Notes: generated from the sequence alone by a model not told the origin. DNA of 64,000 nt from Squalus acanthias (GCA_030390025.1 CM059432.1:93622001-93686000), one strand, 5' to 3'; positions 12,601 through 24,171 are shown, numbered from the stretch's first letter. Numbers and translations: made by a program.

Positions 12601-12973
12601 AGTTGTGGTGTTGCACATGGTCTTCATCTAGTCTTCAGGTGAAGTGGGTTAGAGGATAGTGGATAATTGGACCAGGGCGCACAGACATAATTCATTCTTT
12701 TTGTATAATATTTTGATTTGATATTATAGTTAAATAGCAAAACTTACACTAATTTGGCAAACAAGTATCTTCACCACACGGACTGGAGCGGTTCAAGGCG
12801 GCGGCTCACCACCTCCTTCTCGAGGGTTATTAAGAATGGGCAATAAATGCTGGCCGTGCCACATCCCACGAATGAGTAAAAAAAAACAGGGAAGTAGAGC
12901 TGATTGGAGCATACGCATTCCTCTTCAGTACGGACTGAGGAGCTAATTGAGATGAAAAACTAAACTGCTACTG

Positions 12974-13836
12974 CAGCAGCAAATTACCCAGCTTTCAGGA
13001 GAACAGCGACCACGACACAACCCTGCCACGGCAACCTCTGCAAGACATGCCAGATCATCAACACAGATACCATCATCACACGTGAGGACACCACCCACCA
13101 GGTACATGGTACATACTCATGTGACTCAGCCAACATTGTCTACCTCATACGTTGCAGGAAAGGATGCCCCGGAGCATGGTACATCGGCGAGACCATGCAG
13201 ACACTGCGACAACGTATGAACGGACACCGCGCAACAATCACCAGGCAGGAGTGTTCCCTCCAAGTCGGGGAACACTTCAGCAGTCAAGAACATTCAGACT
13301 CCGATCTTCGGGTAAGCATTCTCCAAGGCGGCCTTCGAGACACACGACAACGCAAAATTGTCGAGCAGAAACTGATAGCCAAGTTCCGCACCCATGAGGA
13401 CGGCCTCAACCGGGATCTTGGGTTCATGTCACGCTACATGTAACCCCACCTGACGTAGAGTCATCCAGACTCGAGTCGTCGTTGGCTTGTTCTCTCTACA
13501 CAGATGCGGCTGGACCTGCTGTGATTTCCAGCAAAAAAAGTTTTTTGTTTTCCATACAGACCCCAGCATCTGCCACATTGTCTTTGATGTAATGTTTTCC
13601 TGACTGACCTGTTTGGACACCATCCACACCTTTGATTGCAGTGATTATCTCTCTGCCGAGGTGTGATAAAGGGCAGTTGGAAAGATTAACTATAATCATC
13701 TGGCAGTGTTCTCTGACTATATATGCTGTGACTATATGCATCTCTTCACTTCACCTGACGAAGGAGCAGCGCTCCGAAAGCTTGTGATTTCAAATAAAGC
13801 TGTTGGACTATAACCTGGTGTTGTGCGACTTCTCAC
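12974..13836 (+). mobile_element. Penelope-like element, 3' part (GIY-YIG endonuclease + pseudo-LTR)
   Basis: CDSANIVYLIRCRKGCPGAWYIGETMQTLRQRMNGHR...GLNRDLG; hammerhead near the 3' end. Confidence 0.9.
13751..13787 (+). ncRNA. Minimal hammerhead ribozyme in Penelope-like element
   Basis: tcac-CTGACGA-a-ggagc(agc)gctcc-GAAA-gc-tt-gtga. Confidence 0.82.
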
Positions 13837-13879
13837 AGCAGTACTACTGGTGGGAGGATGTGTGACATGTTTAATTAAG

Positions 13880-14555
13880 CAAATTCCAACAACAATTTGC
13901 ATTTACACAGAGCCTTTAACATCAAAAAACATCGTCAGGTGTTTAATAGAGCTGCAATCAAACAAAAATGGACACCACGCCATAAATGGAAATATTAGGA
14001 AGGGTGACCAAAAGCTTGGTCAAAGAGCTGGGTTTTACAGAGGGTCTTAAAAGGAGGAGAGGAAGGTGGAGAGGCAGAAGGTCTTAAGGAGAGAATTTCA
14101 GAGCATGCAGCTAAGATGGTTGAAGGCATTAGCCAATAGTGGGGCGACAGGAAAGGGAAAGAGTGTAGCAATATTATTGAGACAATATCATTGCACTAGA
14201 CCACAAGGATTTAGATAGAGAAGTGCTCAAACAAAATCCTTTTGGATTGCTCTGAGGAATAGCAATATTATTGGAAATATAAACAGCAGAAAGGAAATTG
14301 AGAATGAAACTTGACAAATTAGAGAGATGTGTATTAACAATAGAATTATAACTGCAGGAGATTTTAATGATCTGGAATAAACTAGAATAGAGAAAATGTT
14401 TGTTGAGAAACCCACTTCTGGCCAAACTTTTGGTCACCCCCTCCTAATATGCCTTCTTTGGATCAACATACTTTAAAATAAAAATTTACACCTGTGTGAA
14501 GTGCCTTGGGATGTTATTCTACATTAAAGGTGCTAAATAAATGCAGTTGTTGTCA
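13880..14555. mobile_element. L2-type 3' fragments (13880-14160 minus, 14410-14555 plus) flanking a CR1 APE scrap
   Basis: Match to L2 3' ends at 36300-36510 and 58900-59143; IITAGDFN-like remnant. Confidence 0.6.
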
Positions 14556-15854
14556 GTCCTCCAAGAGCTTCTGAACCAGCTTCATTATGTCTCTTACCCT
14601 AACTCACGATTCAGGCTACATCATTCATAACTCACATTTACAGTACGGCAATGAGTCACTCAAATGAAAACTATGCAAAGCCTTACATGTACCTGCACAT
14701 ACTGTAGTGTGCATTCTTTCATATATCATAACTTGAGAAAGCATGCAATATATTTTCTGTTCAATAAAAAGTACTGTAATGCATCCAATTGGATATGTTT
14801 AGCTGGAACCTGAAAACAATTTCACCAGAAACCACTTAAAACTGCATTTAGAGAGAACAGATATAGTTAGATGTCTTGTGGTTTGACTGTGGAAAGAATT
14901 GCCAAGCTATACCACATAATGCCAGTATAATAAATCCAGATTAACATAATGACAGAACTTTACACAAAGTCCCTAGCCTTCTACTCCCAGGAAGATCAGC
15001 TAAACATGCAATCCCTAACCAAGCATTTGTTTTTGTTACTCAGCATACTAAAAAAAATTGTCACTTCAACATATATTAAGCGTCTATCACACAAAAATTA
15101 TTGAAACAATCACACTTGGCTTTGCCTACATTCAACAGTCACTTAATTCAAAAGTCATCAGACGTGATAAAGTGGTTCATAAACGCAAGTATAATAAAGC
15201 CTTACACGATAGAAACCGGTATTTTACATGCGATCAAAGGAATCTTGATCCAAAGCTTGGCAAAATTGATGTTGAGGATGAATTACATTTTTTAAATATA
15301 ATACAACTTTTAACTGATGTTTGAAAACACCTCTACATGACTCTCTCTCGAGTGCAAATAAACGGAATGATTGCCATCTCATGCAACTCTCAACTGCACA
15401 CAAATTGTAGATTTGAACCCAAGTCACATAGACAACTGTGACGGTTCCTAATGAAGAACCTACAGGATTTATTTAGATAAATGTGTGCACTGCGTTAATG
15501 CTTTTCCGTTACTATATAAAGACAAATAATTGCATTTACTGTACTCATGACTGAAACCAAGCTAAAATACAGTAGAAGACTACACATTCATTTTATTTCA
15601 AATTTCCATTTTTTTTATCCTTAAGTTATTCCACAAACGTCAGCTTTTCATTGTACTGTAGGCAACAACAAAGTATTACACTGCCTGTACAATCAAATCT
15701 AAGAATTTCCTTCGGCGTGAGGAGTACAATCAAACCACGAGACTTTCTGGGTACTAGTTCTAGATGTTATGCACCGAATTAATCATTTTCATATTTCACA
15801 AATCTGGCTGCGAAACCAAAAGAATTTTTAAAAAAAGGAGGAAAAAAAACTTAC

Positions 15855-16140
15855 CATGAAAAATGACGAAAGAAGCCTCTCATTCGCGCAGCTGCTCCTC
15901 ACTCAAGTTGATGGAAATTTAAAAACACCAGCAGCTTAAGTGCTACACAAACACCAACTAAAGCTGTAAATTGCAACGTACTGTATTAAGAATAGCGGTC
16001 TCGCTTTCGTTATGCTGCAATTATCTGCTCCTCACAGAGATCTGCACAGCAACGAGATTGCTGCGCTACTTGGCTCTCACCTTCTACTCCTCCCACACAC
16101 TGTACGAGACAGAGCCCGCTGCAAACAGCTGGGCAGAGCG
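15855..16140 (-). other. Putative 5' exon(s) of an unidentified divergent transcript
   Basis: Minus-strand donors GAAG|GTGAGA (exon end 16081) and CATG|GTAAGT (exon end 15855); possible ATG at 15883 (MRGFFRHFS..) or 15857; no downstream exon recognised. Confidence 0.4.
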
Positions 16141-16450
16141 AGAGCACGCGTGCGCAGCCCTGGAGAACAAAAAAAACCCGCACCAGAGGGGCGGGGGAAT
16201 TAGCACGCGCCTGCTCAGTGACGCCTCCAGCATCCGGCCACAGGTGGCGGAGAGACTACAATTCCCAGTGTACGCCGCGGCACGAATCAGCCAATCGTGG
16301 CTGCCGCACTCTGCCCCCCCCCCCCACCCCGGCTGGGTCAAAGGTTGCGAGCGGTGAGTGAAGTAAGATGGCGGCGGGTCGGGTGAGAGTGATCTTGAAA
16401 ACAGTGAAAGATGTCTGTCCTTTCGACTCTAACGTGCGCAGCGCCAGGTA
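16100..16450. promoter_or_regulatory. CpG-island promoter, probably bidirectional
   Basis: CpG-rich; GC box GGGGCGGGG ~16188; TGACG ~16219; ZNF143-type ACTACAATTCCCAG 16255-16268; CCAAT 16291-16295; YY1-type AAGATGGCGGC 16365-16375. Confidence 0.85.
16368..16447 (+). CDS. MRPL53: MRPL53 coding exon 1 (MAAGRVRVILKTVKDVCPFDSNVRSA-R)
   Basis: ATG in aagATGGcg context inside a CpG island; CPF.SNV.S.R motif of the L53 family; AG|gtagg donor, phase 2, matching exon 2. Confidence 0.93.
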
Positions 16451-16739
16451 GGAAATGCCTCCAGAATGAAAAGCCCCTCTTCTACTTGCTTCTGTGGAGA
16501 TTTTAGGTTACAGCCTTTTGCCCGTAGTTTCCATCCGAGAAAAAGAGCAAGACTGACTATTCAGAGGTGCTCTGAATAAAATTCATTGAGATGTAAAGAC
16601 AAGCAATTGTACTGAAAGTGCAGTGGGACACAGGCTTGTAATTTATGCTGTATACAACCAATAGATATCTGACAGTCCTTCACTTTCACCACGTGAAAGC
16701 TTGAATGGCAATACAAGTGTTGAAGAAAAAAGTAGAAGC

Positions 16740-16875
16740 AAAATACTGGAAATCTGAAATAAAAACAGAAAATGCTGGAAACACTCAACTGGTCAGGCAG
16801 CATCTGTGGAGAGAGACAGAATTAACGAAAAATCCTCGACCTGAAACATTAACTCTGTTTCTCTCTCCACAGATA
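16740..16875. mobile_element. Inverted remnant of a second Penelope-type pseudo-LTR
   Basis: Arms atctgtggagagagacagaattaa and ttaactctgtttctctctccacagat; related pieces at 13450-13580 and 20970-21028. Confidence 0.6.
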
Positions 16876-17063
16876 CCTTTTCTAATAAAACCATAAGGGG
16901 ATACTGGGTTGCCCCAGTGTCATCAAACAAAAATGCCCCCTTTTTAGAGAGGCACAACTAATAAGGAACTAAGCTTTGTTTTATTTTTTTAATTTGTTCC
17001 TGGGATGTGGGCATCGCTGGCAAGGCCAGCATTTATTGCCCATCCCTAATTGTCTTTAAGAAG

Positions 17064-17879
17064 TCATGATGTGGAGATGCCGGCGTTGGACTGGGGTGGA
17101 CAAAAATGAGAAGTCGCACAACACCAGGTTATAGTCCAACAGATTTATTTAATTTTACAAGCTTTCGGAGCTATCGCTCCTTCGTCAGGTAAGTTAGCAA
17201 TGAGAGAATCTCCCAGAATTCACAATTTAAACCCAGACAAAATCTATTCACATTATTCGCTACAACAAAGAGCACAGCCAAGACAATGAGATGTGTCCCA
17301 GGGGGTCCAGCGTGTCAAACCACCTGCTGGCTGCATATCCTGTCAATTTGTGTTCTTGTGTTTTTAAAAAAAAAACAAAAAAAAAACAAAAAAAAAACAA
17401 AAAAAAACACCTGGGAAGACCGGCCATGATGTCAAGTCACGTTCTGTATCGTGACATGAACCCGATATCGCGATTGAGGCCATCCTCATGAGTGCGGAAC
17501 TTGGCTATCAGTTTCTGCTCTATGATTTTGCGCTGTCGTGTATCTCGAAGGCCGCCTTGGAGAACGCTTACCCGCAGATCCGAGGCTGAATGCCCCTGGC
17601 TGCTGAAGTGTTCCCCGACTGGGAGGCAACCCTCCTGCCTGGCGATTGTTGCGCGGTGTCCGTTCATACGTTGTCTCAGTGTCTGCATGGTCTCGCCGAT
17701 GTACCATGCTCTGGAGCATCCTTTACTGCAACGTATCAGGTAGACAACGTTGGCCGAGTCACATGAGTAGGTACACGGTACATACTCATGTGACTCGGCC
17801 AACGTTGTCTACCTGATACGTTGCAGTAAAGGATGCTCCAGAGCATGGTACATCGGCGAGACCATGCAGACACTGAGAC
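17064..17879 (-). mobile_element. Penelope-like element with 5' snap-back inversion
   Basis: GIY-YIG ORF 17437-17802; 97-bp inverted repeat; hammerhead at 17155-17192. Confidence 0.9.
17155..17192 (-). ncRNA. Minimal hammerhead ribozyme in Penelope-like element
   Basis: Reverse complement reads ttac-CTGACGA-a-ggagc(gata)gctcc-GAAA-gc-tt-gtaa. Confidence 0.82.
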
Positions 17880-20695
17880 TGTTAGGGAGGGAGTTCCAGG
17901 ATATTGACCCAGCGATGGTGAAGGAATGGTAATATATTTCCAAGTCAGGGTGGTTTGTAACTTGGAGAGGAACTTGCAGGTGATGGTGTTCCCATGCACC
18001 TGCTGCCCTTGTCCTTCTAGGTGGTAGAGGAAGAGGTCACAGGTTTGGGAGGTGCTGTCAAAGAAGCCTTGGCGAGTTGCTGCAGTGTATCTTGTAGATG
18101 GTACACACTGCAGCCATGGTGTACCGGTGGTGGAGGGAGTGACTGTTTAAGGTGGTGGATGACACTTGCCGCAGAATACCCAGCCTCTGGACCTGCTCTT
18201 GTAGCCACAGTATTTATATGGCTGGTTAATGGTGACCCCCCCCCCCCCCCAGAATGGTGATGGTAATGCCGTTGAATGTCAAGGGACAGTAGCTAGACTC
18301 TCTCTTGTAGAGATGTCATTGCCTGGCACTTGTGTGGCGTGAATGTTACTTGCCACTTATCAGCCCAAGCTTGAATGTTGTCCAGGTCTTGCTGCATTCG
18401 GGCATGGACTGCTTCATTATCTGGGGGAGTTGCGATTGGAATTGAACACTGTGCAATCATCAGCGAACATCCCCACTTCTGACCTTATGATGGAGGGAAG
18501 GTCCTTGAAGCAGCTGAAGATGGTTGGGCCTAGGACACTGTCCTGAGGAACTCCTGCAGTGATGTCCTGGGGCTGAGATGATTGACCTCCAACAACCACC
18601 TTCCTTTGTGCTAGGTAGGACTCCAGCCAGTGGAGAGTTTTCCTCTGATTCCCATTGACTTCAATTTTACTAGGGCTCCTTGATGCTACAATCGGTCAAA
18701 TGCTGCCTTGATGTCAAGGGCAGTCACTCTCACCTCACCTCTGGAATTCAGCTCTTTTGTCCATGTTTGGACCAAGGCTGTAATGCGGTCTGGAGCAAAG
18801 TGGTCCTGGCAGAACCCAAACTTATTGGAGAGTAAGTGCCGCTTGATAGCACTGTCGACGACACCTTCCATCACTTTGCTGATGATTGAGAGTAGACTGA
18901 TGGGGCGGTAATTGGCCAGATTGGATTTGTCCTGCTTTTTGTGGACAGGACATACCTGGGCGGTTTACCACATTGTCGGGTAGATGTCAGTGTTTTAACT
19001 GTACTGGAACAGCTTGGCTAGAGGTGCAGCTAGTCTGGAGCACAGGTCTTCAGCACGACAGCTGGTATGTTGTCGGGGCCCATAGCGTTTGCTGTATCCA
19101 GTGCACTCAGCCGTTTCTTGATATCTCGTGGAGTGAACGAATTGGCTGAAGACTGGCTTCTGTGATGATAGGATGTCAGGAGGAGGCCGATATGGATCAT
19201 CCGCTCGGCACTTCTGGCTGAAGATGGTTGCAAACGCATCAGCCTTGTATTTTTCGCTCGCGTTTTGGGCTCCTCCATCATTGAGGATGGGGATATTCAT
19301 GGATGTTTAATTGTCCACCACCATTCACGACTGGATGTGGCAGGACTGCAGAGCTTTGATCTTGCTCCATTGGTTGTGGGATTGCTTAGCTCTGTCTATA
19401 GCATGCTGCTTTCGCTGTTTAGCATGCATGTAGTCTTGTGTTGCAGCTTCCTCAGGTTGGCACCTCATTTTTAAGTATGCCTGGTGCTTTTCCTGGCATG
19501 CTCTTCTACACTCCTCATTGAACCAGGGTTGGTCCCCTGGCTTGATGGTAATGGAGTGAGGGATATGCCAGACCATGAGGTTACAGATTGTGGTGGAGTA
19601 AAATTCTGCTGCTGCTGCTGATGCCTCATGGATGGCCAGTTTTGAGCTGCTAGATCTGTTCTGAATCTATCCCATTTAGCACGGTGGTAGTGCCACACAA
19701 CACGATGGAGGGTGCCCTCACTGAAGACGGGTCTTTGTCTCCACAAGGACTGTGGTGCTCACTGCTAACAATGCTGTCATGGACAGATGCATCTGCAACT
19801 AGTAGATTGGTGAGGACGAGGTCAAGTAGGTTTTTCCCTCGTGTTGGTTGTCTCACCACCTGCCGCAGACCCAGTCTGGCAGCTATGCCCTTCAGGACTC
19901 AGCCAGCTCCGTCAGTAGTGGTGCTACCGAGCCACTCTTGGTGCTGGCCATTGAAGTCCCCCACCCAAAGTACATTCTGTGACCTTGCTACCCTCAGTGC
20001 TTCTTCCAAGTGGTGTTCAACATGGAGTAGTACTGATTTATCAGCTGAGGGAGGGCGGTAGGTGGTAATCAGCAGGAGGTTTCCTTGCCTATGCTTGACC
20101 TGAATCAATGCGACTTCATGAGGTCCTGAGTCAATGTTGAAGACTCCCAAGGCCAATCCCTCCCTCCCGTATACCACTGTGCCGCCACCCCTGGTGGGTC
20201 TGTCCTGTTGATGGCGGAGTCTGGGACATTGGCTGAAAGTGATTCTGTGAGTATGACTATGTCAGGCTGTTGCTTGACTAGTCTGTGTGACAGCTCTCCC
20301 AATTTTGACACAAGTCCCCAGATGCTAGTGAGGAGGACTTTGCAGGGTTGACTGGCCTGGGTGTGCCATTGTCATGTCCAAAGTCGGTGCTGAGGCCGAT
20401 GCCAGGTGGTCTCTCTGGTTTTATTATTATTGTGTTTCGTAGCGGTTTGTTACAACTGAGTGACTTGCTAGGCCATTTCAGAGAGCAGTTAAGAGTCAAC
20501 CACATTGCTGTGGGTCTGGAGTCACATGTAGGCCAGACCAGGTAAGGACGGCAGATTTCCTTCCCTAAAGGACATTAGCGAACCAGATGCGTTTTTACGA
20601 CAATCCGATAGTTTTCATGGTCACCATTACTGATGCTAGCTTTTTATTCCAGATTTATTTCATTAACTGAATTTAAATTCCCCAGCTGCCGTGGT

Positions 20696-20771
20696 GGGAT
20701 TTGAACTCATGTCTCTGGATTATTAGTCCAAGCCTCTGGATTACTAGTCCAGTAACATAACCACTATGCTA
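20696..20771 (-). promoter_or_regulatory. Pol III type-2 internal promoter (A box TAGCATAGTGG 20771-20761; B box GAGTTCAAATCCC 20708-20696)
   Basis: Match to TRGCNNARYGG and GTTCRANNC consensus at the element's 5' end. Confidence 0.75.
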
Positions 20772-20799
20772 CCGTTCCCGTAATAAAACAAAGGAAGCT

Positions 20800-20968
20800 T
20801 ATAAAAATTAAATATTACACCTAGTGTCCAGTCCTGGTCGCAGAAGGCCTTGAGCGTACCAGCGGACACCGCGTGCTCCCTCTCCAAGGCCACCCGGGTG
20901 CAGACGAGGGGCAGGCAGCCTGAGCGACCACCCTCATGAGCCGTGTCCAACTTGGACCTGTAACTGGT
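20800..20968 (-). mobile_element. Tx1/L1-clade ORF2 C-terminal fragment
   Basis: CLPLVCTRVALEREHAVSAGTLKAF resembles the Tx1-type C-terminus (RVSLEREHA..GTLEAF), from recall. Confidence 0.6.
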
Positions 20969-22084
20969 TCTCCACAGATGCTGCCTAACCTGCTGAGTGT
21001 ATCTAGCCTTTTCTGTTTTTATTTCAAGTGTTGAAGATGTAAGACCAATGATGGCAAAGTACAAGGAGGAATTGCTGCTAAGTGAGTATCAGGTCCTAGG
21101 CGCTAAATTAAAAAGCAGGACCTCGAGGGTGCTAATCTCCCGATTACTACCCGAAACATGTGCTAATTGGCATAGGGAGAAACAACGTAAGAAACTGAAC
21201 GTGTGGTTGAAAGAATGGTGTGGGAAAGAGGGATTCTAGTTCATGAGACACTGGGACAGAAATGAACTGTACTGCTGGGACCAAGGTCCTAGCAGAAAGG
21301 ATAAACAGGACTTTAGAAAGGACTTTAAAATAGTAAAGGGGGGAGGGTTGAGGTGGATATAACAGTAATGCGCAAATAAGAAAAAGAAGGGATGAGAGCA
21401 AGAATCAGTACAAAAAGATAACATAAATATCAGGGCAGAGAAATGGTTATGTAGAAGTAATAAATTACAAAGATAAGAGCATTGAAAAATAAGAACGTAT
21501 ATAAATTGCCTGTATAGAAATGTACAACATTTCAACAACAAAACGGGGGAATTGGAGGCAAAAATAAAAAGTGAGGAATTAGATGTAATAGGGATAATAG
21601 AAAATATTGTAGGCTATAAGGTATTTAAAAATGACAGGGAAGGAAGAAGGGGTGGTGGGGTAGTTGTGTTAATCAGAAATAACATAATGGCAGTAGCAAG
21701 AAAGAACATAACTAACAGAGATAGAAACAGAATCCATGTGAATTGAGATAAAGGATTGGTCATGCAATATTGGGGTCATATTACAGACCACCAAATAGTG
21801 GAAAGGAAGTAGAGGGAGAAATATGTAGGCAAATATATGAAATGAGTAAGAAAACACAGAATCATAATCATGGGGGATTTCCAACTACCCTCAAGTAAAC
21901 TGGCAGGGAGAAGGGATGAAGTTGTTACAGTGTGTAAAAATACTATAAATTTTCTGACCCATTATGCAAGAAGCCCAACAAGGGAGGAAGCAGTGCTAGC
22001 TCTAGTAATGGGAAGTGAACCAGAGCAGACAAGAAAAGTAATCCTGGGAGAACAGCTAGAGAGCAGTGATCACAATATAATAAT

Positions 22085-22793
22085 GGCCTGGAATTTGCGG
22101 TCGGGACGACGGTGAACTGGCAATGTTCGCCGTCATTTCACCTTTGAAACTGACTGCAACTTCGGGATTTGGCGCATGTGCGCCCCCCCCCCCCCTCCTC
22201 CACACACACACAGAGCTGGCAATCTGTGTAATCATCCAAATCAGGGAAACTGACCAAAACTTCAGCTCTTCCACAGTAATTACCCACTAAAAGTTAGACC
22301 CAAAGGGATTAAATATAACTAGGGTTTTGACAGAGTTATTACTGCTAAACAAATGTTAAGGACCTGGAAAACTAATTTTAATTTTGTGCCGTGTCAAATT
22401 TGTCTATTTTAATAAAAAAATTAAAATTTTTAAGAAACTTTTTTGCAAAAAATAATTTTTTTTAAAGTTTGTCCATCTTTATTTCAGGTTTGCCTTTTCC
22501 CCATGTGAGAGCCCCAATGTTAGTTTTGCTCTTTCTAACATTTTTTTAAAAAGTGAGAATTTTAAGAGCTTACTCACTTTCTTGTTTGCTGTCTGAGAAT
22601 TCTGCGTTTTGATTGACAGCTTGTTGACGTCACAGCAGTTTGCACAAGAGGGTCCCCACTATACTTCATTGATTTGAATTGAATGGCGGAAAAGCCAAAG
22701 TTCTCGACACGGGTTGCGAGATCCTTGTGCGAAGCGTACTTCAGGGCCAGCAGTGAATGCCTTTGCTTCACTGCCAACTGCAAATTCTGGGCC
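22085..22793. mobile_element. Harbinger-type MITE
   Basis: TIRs GGCCTGGAATTTG / CAAATTCTGGGCC; flanks AAT/ATT; interrupts CR1 after SDHNII. Confidence 0.75.
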
Positions 22794-23389
22794 ATTGTTT
22801 AAGATAATGATTGAGTGAGATATAGATAGTACAAAGACCAAAGTAATAAACTGGAGAAAAACCAATTATGAAGGAATGAGGATTTAATTAAGGAAGGTAA
22901 ACTGGAGTAAATAATTGACAAAGAAGTAGAAAAACAGTGGGCAATAGTTAAATGGAGAGATCAGTAGAGTCCAGGAGAAACATATTCCTCTTTAAAACAA
23001 AACCAAGATGAACCTACCAAGAAATGCGACACCATGGATAAATGGAGTTGAGGATAAAATTGAATCTAAAGAAAGGCATGTGCAAAGTACAGAAACAATA
23101 AAGGAGAAGATGACAAAAGGGAATGTAGCTTAGGAAAGGGGTAAAAAGACAAGGAGAAAATACGAAATGAAAATATCAAAGAATATAAAAAGAAATAGTA
23201 AAGTATTCTATAGGCACATAAGTAACAAAATGAGATTTAATATAAGGTTAGGGTCACTAAGGGATGATCAAGATAAACTCACAGGAGATGATACTGAAAT
23301 GGCAGGGATGCTGAATAGAAATTTTGCCTCCGTTTTCAGTGAAGAGACTAACCAAGTGGCAATCTAAACAGTAGAAATCGAGAGACATT

Positions 23390-24171
23390 GGCCTGATTTT
23401 GCTGTAATAATAACGGCGAGGCTATCACCGCTTGCCTGTTATTACAGGGTAAATCTGACAGCAACTTCTGGTGTCTGCACATGCGCAGTTAAATGTGGAA
23501 ATCCAGAAGTTGCTGTGAGAGATACCCTGCTCCTCCACAGGGTGCTCTGTTGGAGTCCTCGCCGATAGACTTGACTTTGAAATCACTGCAATGGCGTGAA
23601 CTTGTGGCACTTACCCACTAGTTCCGCACTAAAGATGGATGAAATAGTTAGGGCTGGTGCATTCAGGATTAAGTGAGTTTCTAATGGTGTAATAAGTGAT
23701 AATTACTGCTGAACAACCTCTGTGGCCCTGAAAAATTAATTTTACAAGTGTGGAGTCTCATTCCCTCAGAAGAAAATTAATGTTGCAGAATTTAAAAAAA
23801 ATTAAAATTAAATTATTTTTCAGTTTTTGTTTTCCTCTTTTATCTCTCTACCTTAATCCATCTGTATGTCCCAATCTTTATTTTGCTTCCTGTACAATGA
23901 TTTAAATGTAATTTATATTTCCTGTTTTTTACTTGTTGGTTTGCAGTCTGTGTGTCTCAGTGAGGATACTTCAATCTGATTGGTTGAAGAGCTTCGCTGT
24001 TGCTTTTCCTGCTTACAGACATCACTGATCCCCTGTAGAGGGCGACGCGCTGGATCAGATACCCGATTAGTGGAAATCCCCGCTGACAAGCCTGCAAAAA
24101 GTCACTGGGCAACTGTGCACGAGGTGAACGGTGAAAGGTATTCTTTCGCCACTGCTATCAAAATCCCAGCC
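23390..24171. mobile_element. Harbinger-type MITE
   Basis: TIRs GGCCTGATTTTG / AAAATCCCAGCC; ATT target duplication. Confidence 0.75.

Larger units (their letters stand above)
16985..20780 (-). mobile_element. LINE-B copy 2, near full length, with tRNA-derived head, in MRPL53 intron 1 (antisense)
   Basis: 5' CGGGAACGGTAGCATAGTGG..GAGTTCAAATCCC, SINE-like body, APE, RT (MFADDC), 3' tail GGGCAATAAATGCTGGCCTTGCCAGCGATGCCCACATCCC + A-run; interrupted by a PLE at 17064-17879. Confidence 0.9.

Noticed and set aside
15971..16357. 128-aa ORF across the promoter
   Set aside because: Non-ATG start, no recognisable similarity; expected in GC-rich promoter DNA
20690..20780. tRNA gene
   Set aside because: A and B boxes are present, but there is an internal tandem duplication (GGACTA.TAATCCAGAG twice), no clear cloverleaf and no terminator; it continues into a retroelement body
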